The translations under genes and the position numbers were made by a program. Shown here in pieces: positions 35,068-45,176 of a stretch of DNA of 64,000 nt (its first letter is position 1; every line of letters begins with the position of its first letter). The DNA lies in NCBI GenBank assembly GCA_028686985.1, contig JAQUBA010000002.1:20745-84744 (forward strand), in the 5' to 3' direction. The DNA is from Candidatus Iainarchaeum sp. (lineage in GTDB: Archaea > Micrarchaeota > Micrarchaeia > Anstonellales > Bilamarchaeaceae). The notes under the pieces are model-generated. The model saw only the letters and a list, made by a program, of their open reading frames with translations, was not told the DNA's origin and ran no database searches.

Positions 35068-36030
35068 ATGGGCACTGAAAGAACGCCTTGGTTTCGTTCC
35101 GCAATCCAGCCACACGTTCAGCCACTAACTCCAAGAATTAAACGGCACCGGTTCCCAGAGAAACTTTTTGCCCCCGCCGCTGCCGTGGCACTTTCCATAT
35201 TCATCCTCCACCCCTCCAAATCGGATGCATCCGTAATTACGCAGCGCCCCGCGCCGCCCGCGGCGAATCCGGTGGCAGCGAATCCGCGCCCCTCAACGCA
35301 ATTCGTTATTCCGCCGACCCCGGCGTTCAGCTATGATGGCGGCACGCTCGGGCTGGAGAACTCGCCGGAAGGCCTTTCGCTCGTGTACAGGAAGGAAGGC
35401 CAGAGCCCCAACCGTGTCCCGCTGGATGTGGGTTTTGAAGACATGATCGGCACCATAACCAGGATTCATTATGGCATTGGCCACTCCGTCATCATGGCGG
35501 AGAGGGTGCTGGAAGATGGCGCGACCGAATATTACGCCGTCATCACGCTCGGGGCGAGGGACGTTGCCGAGGGAAGGGCAAAACTTCCAGGGAGCGAAAT
35601 CTTGAACTCGTACGCGGTCGTGCTTCCGGAAATGCCGCTCGCGTCCTCCTTCACGGAGAGCGCGCTCTTCGTTTTCGCGGAAGGCGGCGTGGTGAGGTTC
35701 GTCCCGCTTGGCAGCGACGAAGGCATGACGTGCAAGCTTAGCGGGCTGGACGGAGTCGGCGCGCAGAGCATCGCGATGGAATACATGGGCCTATATTTCA
35801 TCATGCAGCCGGGTGCGGTCCCGCTGTATGTTACCAAGAGGGACGGCGATGATTTTGAGACCGTGCCGTGGGACTACGCGCCGGGCAGCTCGTTCACCTC
35901 GCTGAGGGTGGAGATGGGCGAGAACGGGTTCACAATCGTCTTCGCAAGCCCCGCGGGCAGCATGAGAATGGACGTTTCCGTCCCCGAGGAGGGCGGCTTG
36001 CATTCGGTTGGCGCCTCCATGCACAGGTGA
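35068..36030 (+). CDS. Hypothetical N-terminally anchored (signal/TM) protein
   Basis: 320 aa; hydrophobic segment AAAVALSIFILHP near N-terminus, Pro/Ala-rich linker. Confidence 0.4.
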   Translation: MGTERTPWFRSAIQPHVQPLTPRIKRHRFPEKLFAPAAAVALSIFILHPSKSDASVITQRPAPPAANPVAANPRPSTQFVIPPTPAFSYDGGTLGLENSPEGLSLVYRKEGQSPNRVPLDVGFEDMIGTITRIHYGIGHSVIMAERVLEDGATEYYAVITLGARDVAEGRAKLPGSEILNSYAVVLPEMPLASSFTESALFVFAEGGVVRFVPLGSDEGMTCKLSGLDGVGAQSIAMEYMGLYFIMQPGAVPLYVTKRDGDDFETVPWDYAPGSSFTSLRVEMGENGFTIVFASPAGSMRMDVSVPEEGGLHSVGASMHR

Positions 36031-36078
36031 CGCCCGCCCTGCAAAAAAGCTTTTATTCCTTCCCTCCGTAGGGGCAGC

Positions 36079-36540
36079 ATGAGATGGCTCTTCGTCTTCC
36101 TGGGTGCACTGCTCCTCGCTTCGCTCGCATACTCCGAGCTCACGGTCTTCGCGGCGCAGATACCCGAATCCGGCGCGGTACGGTATTCCGTGGCCCAGAG
36201 GGGCGCGAGCGGCTCCCACCTTTTCATAACGGTGAAGAAGGGGGACACGCAGGTGCAGGCATTTGAGGTGCAGGACTTCAGCGGGGTCGCGAACGGTTAC
36301 ATTTCGCTTGCGGAGGGCGGCACATACCGCCTCATCGCGGTTGAGGCCGACAGCGGCGATTATGCCGAGGCGCAGTTTGAGTTCGCCGCGCCGCAGCCAT
36401 CTGTTCCACCCTCAAGCACGCCAACCTCGCTGGTGCGCGGCATCCCGGATTACCTCATCCTGATAGCCGCAGCCCTTGCCGCGGTGCTGGTGTTCCTGCT
36501 TATGTTCAGCAATCCGCTAAGGCAAAAGCCCAAAAAATGA
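36079..36540 (+). CDS. Small secreted protein with N-terminal signal and C-terminal TM anchor + basic tail (archaeosortase/PGF-CTERM-like sorting signal?)
   Basis: 153 aa; MRWLFVFLGALLLASLAYS signal; C-term PSVPPSSTPTS linker then YLILIAAALAAVLVFLLMF + RQKPKK. Confidence 0.5.
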   Translation: MRWLFVFLGALLLASLAYSELTVFAAQIPESGAVRYSVAQRGASGSHLFITVKKGDTQVQAFEVQDFSGVANGYISLAEGGTYRLIAVEADSGDYAEAQFEFAAPQPSVPPSSTPTSLVRGIPDYLILIAAALAAVLVFLLMFSNPLRQKPKK

Positions 36541-36681
36541 GAAACATCTTTTTCCTCCTTTAAAACCACCTTTCATTCGGTATATTCCTAAAAACAGATT
36601 TTCACCTATTTACAGTTATCAAAACATCTTCGCTGCGCAATCCTTATAAATGCTCTCTACGCGTATATACATGGTGTAATT

Positions 36682-39600
36682 ATGGTTTCTGGCAGCGTTC
36701 GCACAACTGAGGGGCCGACAACTTCTTTTGGCTTGGTGCAGCAGCTTCCCGCGGACAGGATGGCGGGGGCGCGCGAGGTCAATTTTGAGATAAATTTCAC
36801 GGTCGCAGGCGCGGAAAGGGAGGCTAGGCAGGCGCGGGCGGTGCTGATGAGGGAGCTGGGAAGGTGCACCTTCACCACCTCGCTGCAGCGCTTCATAGAT
36901 TCGCACCGCGACCAGATAAATTATGTTAAGATAGCCGGCACGCGGATGGACGTGGACGGTGCGCTGTTTGAGCTTGAGGATTATCTGGAGCCGGGGGTGG
37001 CGCCAGGCGGATACCGCAGGCCCGCCGCGCAGGCGGTGCCAACGCCGACGGAAGCGGTGCCGCAGGTTGTGCAGCCGGCAAGGATTGAGGAAGCGCCTTT
37101 GCCGGAGATTAGGAGCCCGCTGGAGTACATGCGCCAGCAGGAAGAGGAGCGCGCGCAGGAACAGGAAGAACGCGCGCGGGCGCAGGCGCAGCAGCCGGAG
37201 CAGGCGCAGGCGGAACAGGTTGAGCCCCCGCCGCAGCTGCAGGAGCAGGAGGGAGTCCTCCTCACGCAGCAGGAAGCCGCAGCGGTTGAGGCGGTCCCCG
37301 AAGCGGTTCAGGAGCAGGCCGCCGAGCAGGTGCGCGAGAACGTCACCGTGATAAATGCGGCCGTTCCGCTTGATGCGGAATACTACCAGAGGGAGTATCT
37401 CGCGCCCGAGGTTTCGGAAGGCGTGAGGACGTACTCCCGGGTCAGTTCCCCCCATCTTATGGTCATGGGGTGGTGGGGAGAGCTGGTTGAATCATGCGAA
37501 AGGAGCGAGGCGCTCGCAGCGAGGCTTGATGCAATCACTTCCCAGTATTACGGTGCGCTCGATACGCTAGAAGGGGCAAGGGGCACGCCGGGGGAGCGCG
37601 CTTTGCAGAACAAGGTGCGCGAGCTGGAGGGGCAGATGCGCGCGATTGAGCGTGAGATGGATCCGATGCTTGGGAGGCAGGGCCAGCTCATGGTGAACAT
37701 ACTTGCGAATCTTCCCGACGCGTACGGCTGGGCGATGAGCGAGCCGAGCAGGGACCGTGACGCGATGCTCGCCGACCTCAACGCAATAAGGGATGAGTGG
37801 GCATCCAACCAGGCAAAGATAAGGGATGCGCTCTCGCTAAGGGAGATTTCCGGGGACATCGCGGGGGCCTTTGCCCCTGCATTTGCAGCCGCAAGGAGGG
37901 GCTCCATAGAGAACATGTATGACGTTTTTTCGCGCATGATGCAGAACAGCCCGGAAATCGCGCAGAGCTTCGTGGACTGGGTTGCGCTCGGCGAGGCGGC
38001 CCGCGCCTCATACGCGGCCATACCAGTCGGCGAGATAGGCGCAGCGGTGCCCACACTGGGCGAGGCAACAACCGGCGGAGCATTTGAGTTCAGGAGCCGC
38101 CGCGGCACCTTCAGGATAACAATAGCCGGAGAGGACCTTTCCGGCATGACGTTTGCCGAAGCCAAGAGGCGCGTGACTGAGCTGGTGAACGACCAGTCCA
38201 TCGGCAACCAGCAGCTGCTCGGGATGCTCACGGTGGAACAATTGCGCGAGGGGAAAGAGCCCTACCGCTTCATGAGCAGGTACCTCCTGCGCACGCAGTT
38301 CTTCCAGGACTACGCGAGCGGAAACATACGTGTCCTTGAGACCGCGCCGCTCACGAGGGGAGGAATCCCCGCGTCCGTGTATGAGGTTGCGCATGCGCCC
38401 CCGGTCGTGGCCGAGAGGCCGCTCCCGGTTGTTCCTCAGGTCACAGCGCCGCCGGCTGAGGCCGCGCCCGCCCCGGCAGCCGTTGCCTACAATTACGGAT
38501 GGGCAGAAGGAATACAGGAAGAGCTCAGGGGGATAGTCAGCGAGCTTGTAAATCTTCCGCGCTTCCGGCCGGAGGAAACCCAGGCACGCCACGATGAGCT
38601 TGTCGCGAGGGGGGCCGCGCTCTACCGGGAATTCTATTCCCATGTGGGTGAGGCGGAGCCCTCTGAAGATTTGAACCGCATACGGAGGTGGATGTCCAGC
38701 GCTGAAAGGATGTCTTCGTTCGGGTTGGCACTTAATGAGGGAGGGGCGCTTGTGGAGGCAGTGCGCCCAGCCCCTCCCGAAGCGGCAGAAGCGGTTCCGC
38801 CGGCAGCACCGGCAGCCGTGCCGGTTCCCGCAGCTCCGGTTGCGGTCCCGCCAACCGCCGCACCAGTCACCGCGCCGCCGGGCGAGATTTACGTTCCGTC
38901 CGTTCCGACTGCGCCGGCACCCGCACCCTCCGTTCCGGTTTTGGAAGGGCAGCCGCTCGCCGCATTCGCAAGGAGATACGGGATTTCAACTGATGATGCG
39001 CGCGACCTGAACCGTTTCCAGCTCGGGCAGCGCAACGTGCTTGAGGTCCAGGCGAACAGCGAGGAGAACGCAAACCGCCTACTTAACCTCGTTCGGATGG
39101 AGGCAAACAGAAGGGGTGTCGCATCCGAATACGACGTCATGCCGCCACAGGAGGCTGGCGGCCCGTATATCGTATATTACCGGCCCATGGGCATGCTTCG
39201 CGCCGCGGACAGGGCAGCCGTGGAGGCGCAGAACCCCTTCGCGTTCGTCGGCTTCGCAACACGCCTTCCGATGGAATACGCATTTGACTTCGCGGGCATA
39301 AACACGAGGTTCGGCCAGGCATTCGCGCCATACGAGGCGCGGCTCGTCGGCTTCGCGGACGCCGCAACCATAGCGCAGAACCCGGACGCCCAGCTGCCTG
39401 CATACGCCGCGGACACGGTCACGGGCCTCGCATCCTGGGTGTTCCATATCGGCGGCGAAAGGGTGAGCGGCCTTGAGAGGGCGGGCCAGCTCATATACGC
39501 ACGCACGCCCCAGCAGCCGGTTGCGCTCACGGTCGGGGAGGCCGAGGCGCTTTTCCTGAACCAGCGGGAGGCGGCCGCGTTCGCGGCTGCGTTCTTCACC

Positions 39601-41424
39601 GGGGACGCCGGTCGGGCGTACAGGGATATAGAGGGCAGGACCCTGAATATTTTTGAGAGCAACATACGCGCCGCGCTTGCGGAGAGGGACAACGCAGAAG
39701 TGCGCGACGCCCTTGGGGGCGCCCTCGGCCGCTATGCGACGGAGGCATACACCAGGCTATCGCGCTATTACGGCAACCCCGCGCTCGTTGAGGAGAGGAT
39801 AAGCACGCTGGAGCCGGAGGCGCGCATGAGCTTTGAGTACGCGGCGGAGATGCTCGGGGAGGCGATGTACAGGATGCGCCTTGTGCAGACCGGCGAGCCG
39901 GAGAGCGAGGACCTGCGCATTGCATGCGTCAATTCCGCGCGTGCAATCCTGATTGTGAAAATAGAGGGCGAGGGCGGCCGCGTCGCGTTTGACAAGTTCA
40001 TGCACAACGGCAGGGAATACAACGTGGGCACTAACTCGCTCTTCACCTCCGGCAACGTGCAGTTCGCGCTGGAGGACGGGACGGTGCTCTCCAACCACCT
40101 GCTTTACGTGCCGCAGCCCGAGCCGGGCGTCGTGCTGATAGTGGGCTACATGAAGGGCAACGACAGGCACATGCTCGCGGACGAGGGCATAACGCCGTTC
40201 ATCTACGACCTGAACCAGCAGGGCCACCTCCGCGATTCGCTGGGGTTCGCCGGCCTCACGGAGAGGTGGACGTGGCACCTGCCCCTCATAGACATACGCG
40301 TGCCCGAGGAGGGGATGCTGCTTGGCGAGGACACTCCGCTGTTCAAGGCGATGGACCCGCTTGTGATGGATCTCCATACCAAGCCCACCGAGGTATCCCT
40401 TTACATAGAAGGGAATTTTGACCTCGTGCCCGCCGACTACGGCGCAGGCGCGGACATAGACGATGCGAAATTCATAATGGAGAACGTGCGCCTTGGGGGC
40501 GAACTGGTTCCTGCGGACAGGGTGTTCTCGTATGAAGGCGTATGGTTTGAGTTCAACAACTTCAGGCGCGCCGGCCAGAACAGGTACTTCGCAACCGCGG
40601 CGCCGGAGGTCACGAGCACGTATGCCGGCATGTTTGAGGAGCCGGGCGAGATACAGAACGTCGCGGAGTTCGCTGCGGACGGCCGGGTCTATGCCTACAT
40701 GCGCAACGGCAAGCTTGTGGACGCGGAGAGGCAGGCGGATTCGGAAGGCGTCATGCGCGTGTGGATAGGCACATACCGCTTCACGCTTGATGCCGAGGGC
40801 GAGCGCATAATGCCCGACGCCTCCACCATGGCGATATTGCCGGAATACAGGAGCCTGATATTCGCGCGCATAGGCAGGGAGGAGCTTGAGGCAAAGATTG
40901 CGGAGGAAAGGGCGGCGGTCGGCGAGTACAGGATTGAGATAGACCTGAACACGCAGGCGAGTTCCGTTGCCGGGGAGAGGGTGATTCCGTATCTTTACAT
41001 CCACAAGGGCCCGATAGCCCCGGAAACCGAGGCAGGCGCCGGCGCGGACCTGCGGGTCGCGGAGATATACGACGCCGAGGGGTACCTTGTGCCCAGGGCG
41101 CAGCGCATAGATGCGATTGACGCAAGGTTCCTGGCCATACAGGACCTGAGGGGCACGGAAATCACCGTGGAGTCCTGGAACGCCCTCAAGGCGGAGATGG
41201 ACGGGTTGCATGAAGAGAGGGTGAGGCTTTTCACCGAGATGCTGGGGTTCACCACGGACGCGATGGGGAGGATAGAGGCAAGCGGCATACTGCTGGACGA
41301 GGAATCCAGGGGCCGCCTGCAGACGCAGGAGGCCGCGTTGAGGGCCAACATCTCCGGAATGGGAAACGTCTGGTCGGCGTGGGAAGCCGCAAGGGACAGG
41401 GTAGACAGGCAGCTTGGATTGTGA
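36682..41424 (+). CDS. Giant hypothetical protein (1580 aa) with Q/E/A-rich and P/A-rich low-complexity linkers and a possible LysM-like segment
   Basis: Uninterrupted 4743-nt ORF with GC3-rich codon bias; TA-rich upstream region (36541-36681); antisense ORFs inside it are artefacts. Confidence 0.7.
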   Translation: MVSGSVRTTEGPTTSFGLVQQLPADRMAGAREVNFEINFTVAGAEREARQARAVLMRELGRCTFTTSLQRFIDSHRDQINYVKIAGTRMDVDGALFELEDYLEPGVAPGGYRRPAAQAVPTPTEAVPQVVQPARIEEAPLPEIRSPLEYMRQQEEERAQEQEERARAQAQQPEQAQAEQVEPPPQLQEQEGVLLTQQEAAAVEAVPEAVQEQAAEQVRENVTVINAAVPLDAEYYQREYLAPEVSEGVRTYSRVSSPHLMVMGWWGELVESCERSEALAARLDAITSQYYGALDTLEGARGTPGERALQNKVRELEGQMRAIEREMDPMLGRQGQLMVNILANLPDAYGWAMSEPSRDRDAMLADLNAIRDEWASNQAKIRDALSLREISGDIAGAFAPAFAAARRGSIENMYDVFSRMMQNSPEIAQSFVDWVALGEAARASYAAIPVGEIGAAVPTLGEATTGGAFEFRSRRGTFRITIAGEDLSGMTFAEAKRRVTELVNDQSIGNQQLLGMLTVEQLREGKEPYRFMSRYLLRTQFFQDYASGNIRVLETAPLTRGGIPASVYEVAHAPPVVAERPLPVVPQVTAPPAEAAPAPAAVAYNYGWAEGIQEELRGIVSELVNLPRFRPEETQARHDELVARGAALYREFYSHVGEAEPSEDLNRIRRWMSSAERMSSFGLALNEGGALVEAVRPAPPEAAEAVPPAAPAAVPVPAAPVAVPPTAAPVTAPPGEIYVPSVPTAPAPAPSVPVLEGQPLAAFARRYGISTDDARDLNRFQLGQRNVLEVQANSEENANRLLNLVRMEANRRGVASEYDVMPPQEAGGPYIVYYRPMGMLRAADRAAVEAQNPFAFVGFATRLPMEYAFDFAGINTRFGQAFAPYEARLVGFADAATIAQNPDAQLPAYAADTVTGLASWVFHIGGERVSGLERAGQLIYARTPQQPVALTVGEAEALFLNQREAAAFAAAFFTGDAGRAYRDIEGRTLNIFESNIRAALAERDNAEVRDALGGALGRYATEAYTRLSRYYGNPALVEERISTLEPEARMSFEYAAEMLGEAMYRMRLVQTGEPESEDLRIACVNSARAILIVKIEGEGGRVAFDKFMHNGREYNVGTNSLFTSGNVQFALEDGTVLSNHLLYVPQPEPGVVLIVGYMKGNDRHMLADEGITPFIYDLNQQGHLRDSLGFAGLTERWTWHLPLIDIRVPEEGMLLGEDTPLFKAMDPLVMDLHTKPTEVSLYIEGNFDLVPADYGAGADIDDAKFIMENVRLGGELVPADRVFSYEGVWFEFNNFRRAGQNRYFATAAPEVTSTYAGMFEEPGEIQNVAEFAADGRVYAYMRNGKLVDAERQADSEGVMRVWIGTYRFTLDAEGERIMPDASTMAILPEYRSLIFARIGREELEAKIAEERAAVGEYRIEIDLNTQASSVAGERVIPYLYIHKGPIAPETEAGAGADLRVAEIYDAEGYLVPRAQRIDAIDARFLAIQDLRGTEITVESWNALKAEMDGLHEERVRLFTEMLGFTTDAMGRIEASGILLDEESRGRLQTQEAALRANISGMGNVWSAWEAARDRVDRQLGL

Positions 41425-43156
41425 GGTGGTATGGATGAATGCACAAAGAATGGCCCGGGAGCCGCGCGAGCTTTCCGCGGATGAGCTTGTTGACGAATTC
41501 AAGGCGGTTTCGCAGACCTTCACCGGCCGTGCGACTAGCCTTATCCCCGAACTCCAGAGGAGGCTGTCGGACGAAACCCTGCGGGAGCAGCTTAGGCCCA
41601 GGGCGGGCGAGCTTGCCGATTACCTGCACGCGCTTGCCGGTGCGTTGTCTTCAAACCTTGTCATTGAGCAGGCTGAGCCGCTTGTGCAGCAGGCCCTGGG
41701 GATGCGCACCGAGTTATACCTCATGAGCACGGTTCCGGTTGAGGAGGAGAGGCGGCTCGCAGAGCAGGGCGAATCCATGGTGGGAGTCGGCTACGTGAGC
41801 AGGCCAGGCGTCCCGCCGATAGAGCAGCCTGCCGTCAGGCAATACCTGTCCCAGAACCCGCTTGATTTGGTTGACCTTACGCTGCCAATTGACTGGCTGA
41901 GGCACTTCACTGATGAATACAGAGATACCACTACGCAATTGATAAGCGATGGCTATGCGCTTGAGCTTTCGCGGGACTTTGACGGCGCGAGGGAGAGGGG
42001 CGCACAGGCGGTTGACAACATCGCCAGGATGGTGAGGGAAGGCTCTTCTGGCGGCTCGGACATGAGCACCGACAGGTTGCTCAACGAAGACCCCTCTTCA
42101 TGGACGGAAGGGGAGCGCGAATTCGTAATTGACATGCTGGGCAAGGCGGACTGGTCCGCGGAAGAGCAGGCGAGGTACCTGCCGGAGATAGTGAGCCTCC
42201 TCAGGCTCATAAACGACGGGCAGTTCACCGAGGCGTTCGACCGTGCGGCCGGCGACACCACGCTGGGCCAGGCACTCACAACCATGCTCGTGGAAACCCT
42301 GGAGCAGAGGCTCTCCGTCCATGTTCCCGTGGGCTACCTGAACATCGGCGTGGAGGGGACGGTCGTCAATGTCCGGTATTCGGACGACGAAACGTTCCGA
42401 ATGTTCCTGAGGGGCTTCCTCAGGGGCGTCCTTGACCAGAAATACAAGCCAGCAGTATCCATCCGGGAAACCGACGGGGGTTCGGCAATTGATGTCCTGA
42501 TGGAGCCGACCGACGAGTTCGCGTTCGGAGGCATAGGCGGCGGTGGCGGAGTCGGCTTTGAAACTACCGCAGCCCATCCGATGAGGACTGTTTCTCTTGA
42601 GCTGGATGCGGCCTACGACCCTGTCGCGGACAGGCCCGTTTTCACCGGAAGGCTGGAGTTCTCGGACCAGAGCGGCGAGTGGACCGCCCCGCTGGACGGC
42701 GTAATCTACCCCTCGGTTTACCTGGAGGGCGGCGTGGACGCATCCGGAACAACCGGCCATGTGGCGGTGGGGGCGATGGTTGAGGCTGGCTCCTCGTATT
42801 TCATTTTCGGAGACTGGAGCATGTTCATGCTGCTGAGCCTGGATTACATAAAGAGGTTCGGCGAGCCAATAGTGGCGCCGTCAGAAAACCTTGAATTGGG
42901 CTTCGGGGGAAGGGTTGTTTATTCCGACGTCGTCTCGCTCAGCGGAAGGTATTTGCTCAACCCGATGAATGAGAACATGGGATTCATCGGGCAGGCGATG
43001 GTCAATGTGGGCGCAGGCGTGTCCCTTGGTTTCTCCGGCGGCTTCAGGGAAGTTGACATAAACATTTTCAGGAGCAGCCAGGCGATAATAGCGCCTGAAC
43101 TGTCTTTCAACATCGGATGGAACATAGACGATTTCATAAAATACCTTAGGGAATAG
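41414..43156 (+). CDS. Hypothetical protein (580 aa) with Gly-rich beta-rich C-terminal half, overlapping the giant gene by 11 nt
   Basis: Start overlaps giant-gene stop; C-terminal alternating hydrophobic/Gly pattern (GFGGRVVYSDVVSLSGRYLLNP...). Confidence 0.55.
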   Translation: MDCEVVWMNAQRMAREPRELSADELVDEFKAVSQTFTGRATSLIPELQRRLSDETLREQLRPRAGELADYLHALAGALSSNLVIEQAEPLVQQALGMRTELYLMSTVPVEEERRLAEQGESMVGVGYVSRPGVPPIEQPAVRQYLSQNPLDLVDLTLPIDWLRHFTDEYRDTTTQLISDGYALELSRDFDGARERGAQAVDNIARMVREGSSGGSDMSTDRLLNEDPSSWTEGEREFVIDMLGKADWSAEEQARYLPEIVSLLRLINDGQFTEAFDRAAGDTTLGQALTTMLVETLEQRLSVHVPVGYLNIGVEGTVVNVRYSDDETFRMFLRGFLRGVLDQKYKPAVSIRETDGGSAIDVLMEPTDEFAFGGIGGGGGVGFETTAAHPMRTVSLELDAAYDPVADRPVFTGRLEFSDQSGEWTAPLDGVIYPSVYLEGGVDASGTTGHVAVGAMVEAGSSYFIFGDWSMFMLLSLDYIKRFGEPIVAPSENLELGFGGRVVYSDVVSLSGRYLLNPMNENMGFIGQAMVNVGAGVSLGFSGGFREVDINIFRSSQAIIAPELSFNIGWNIDDFIKYLRE

Positions 43157-43166
43157 GTGGAATTAT

Positions 43167-45140
43167 ATGAAAAAAACCCTGTTGTTCATGGCGTTGGTCC
43201 TCTGCGTTTCGTTCGCCGAGGTTGTGGTCACGCAAGCATATGAGGGAAACCTTTACACTCCCAACACCCCCCCGGCTTATTCGCGGGTGCATATGGAACC
43301 GTTCCTCTATTTTGAGGACACGCTCGTAGTTTCCACGGATTCCCGCGTCATCTATGGCGGCCCCGCCGATGATTTGCAGCAGGATGCCATAATCTGCGAA
43401 GGGGACGTGACCACCTCCGCGGATGCGGACGGGGAATGGGCGCATGGCGGATTCTACCAGCATGTATATTACCTGCTCCCCTGCGAACCTCCATCCTATA
43501 GCCGGGTCAGCAACAATGTCCCGATATTCTGGGACGCGGACTCGTATGATGCGCTTTTTCCGGAGGATGTCTGCAACGAGGGCGAGCCCGGATGCTGGGG
43601 CATGGAGGGCTCCCCCATACGGCAGAGGGTGGACGTTTATGAGAAGTACGATGGCAGCGTGACTTACTCAAACAGGGAGGGGCAGACCAACGTGGTCTGC
43701 AAGGGAGTCACTACGCTCAGGTACGATGGCACGCTTCTGGACAGCTCGGTAATCGGCGACGCGCCCACCGGGGGGTCCATGCGGCTCACCCACGGGATGC
43801 ACACCATAACAAACGGGATGGATGTGCAGGGATGCCTCGGGGTGACCCGCAACGTTGCATGCGATGCGACCTCCGAACTCAGCGAGAGGGTGTTCGGGAG
43901 GACAAGCGCGCAGTTCGGCTCAGGGGCACCCGGATACTCAACCTCGCTCCAGTCCACAATGAACATCCGCGTCGTGACCGATGCGGACCTCCGCTGCAGC
44001 GCAGAGGCGGTTTCAGTAACCCCCTCCCCGGTGAATGTTTCCCCAGGGGGAACGCAGCGCATCACCATAACCGTGAGGAATGCATGCCCCTCCTCTGACC
44101 CGCTGTGCCAGCCCATTACGGTAACGGGGGTCACGGCCAGCAACGGCTTCAGGTTCAATTTTGACACAGGGGGAATGCTAGTCCCGCTCGGCTATTATAC
44201 CGTAAATCCGGGGCAGGCAAAGACGTTCAACGGAATCCTCACCGCCCCCGCATACACCACATGCCCAACCCGGCTCACGTTCACCGCGGCATACACCTGC
44301 CCGGGATGCACGGGCACTTTCAGCGGCACGCCCGCAACGGTAAATATCCCGTTTGACTGCCCTCCCCCGCCAGAAACGGAGGAGAACATCACCAACCTGG
44401 TGCCTAGCTTCACCCCGGACCTGCCAACCCGTGTAGACATAGAGACGGGCGGCGAACTTGACTTCAGCGTCATAACCTGGAACAACGGGCAGAACACCAG
44501 CAATCCCGGCGAAACGTGCGTGAACATAGGCAACTGGATGGTCAGCGGCCCGATTCCCGGCCCGAGCATAAGGATTTTCCTGGACCTTCCAGGCATATCA
44601 CCGATACGCTACTCATACGGTGCAATACCCCCGGGCGGCTCGGTCGTGCACGAACCCATAAGCTTCGCATGCACCCCCGCGATGGAGAACATGACCTACG
44701 TGCTGATTGCGAACGTGGACTGCATACCTCCTGGAAATGGCACAACCACTGAAACGGACGAGTCGGACAACATCGTGACAAGGGTGTTCAACTGCAGGCC
44801 AGCAACGGGCAACGAAACGGAGCACGAAGGCGAATACAACTGCGACATCAGCCCCTCGTTCCAGACCGGCTACCCGCTTGGCACATACTCCTTCCACGTG
44901 ACCTGCCCCGATGAAGGCAATCCGGACGACATGTGCGGCGGCTCCATAGACTGGGACTCCTCCTCGCGCAACGTGACATACACCGGTTCGGACGACCTGG
45001 ACTTCTACCGCATAATTGTTGGCGGCGCAACGCTCCCCGGCAGCGTATCCATAGTGGCGGACGTAAGGTATGATGACGGAAACGCGACCTGCAGAGCCGA
45101 GCTGAATGTCCCCACAGTCCCGTGCGAAGAATTTGTGTGA
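43167..45140 (+). CDS. Secreted cysteine-rich surface/adhesin-like protein with CARDB/DUF11-like repeats
   Basis: 657 aa; signal peptide MKKTLLFMALVLCVSFAEVVVTQA; 30+ Cys; repeated beta-sandwich-like segments (VNVSPGGTQRITITVRNAC..., VDIETGGELDFSVITWNNG...). Confidence 0.6.
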   Translation: MKKTLLFMALVLCVSFAEVVVTQAYEGNLYTPNTPPAYSRVHMEPFLYFEDTLVVSTDSRVIYGGPADDLQQDAIICEGDVTTSADADGEWAHGGFYQHVYYLLPCEPPSYSRVSNNVPIFWDADSYDALFPEDVCNEGEPGCWGMEGSPIRQRVDVYEKYDGSVTYSNREGQTNVVCKGVTTLRYDGTLLDSSVIGDAPTGGSMRLTHGMHTITNGMDVQGCLGVTRNVACDATSELSERVFGRTSAQFGSGAPGYSTSLQSTMNIRVVTDADLRCSAEAVSVTPSPVNVSPGGTQRITITVRNACPSSDPLCQPITVTGVTASNGFRFNFDTGGMLVPLGYYTVNPGQAKTFNGILTAPAYTTCPTRLTFTAAYTCPGCTGTFSGTPATVNIPFDCPPPPETEENITNLVPSFTPDLPTRVDIETGGELDFSVITWNNGQNTSNPGETCVNIGNWMVSGPIPGPSIRIFLDLPGISPIRYSYGAIPPGGSVVHEPISFACTPAMENMTYVLIANVDCIPPGNGTTTETDESDNIVTRVFNCRPATGNETEHEGEYNCDISPSFQTGYPLGTYSFHVTCPDEGNPDDMCGGSIDWDSSSRNVTYTGSDDLDFYRIIVGGATLPGSVSIVADVRYDDGNATCRAELNVPTVPCEEFV

Positions 45141-45176
45141 TTTTTTTATCTTCTTTTTACTTTTATTTCCCTGCCA

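Noticed and set aside
36619-41523. Several long minus-strand ORFs (36619..37455, 37548..38231, 39757..41523 588 aa) antisense to the giant gene
   Set aside because: Arg/Leu/Pro/His-rich compositions characteristic of GC-rich antisense frames. The plus-strand 1580-aa ORF is continuous with consistent codon bias.
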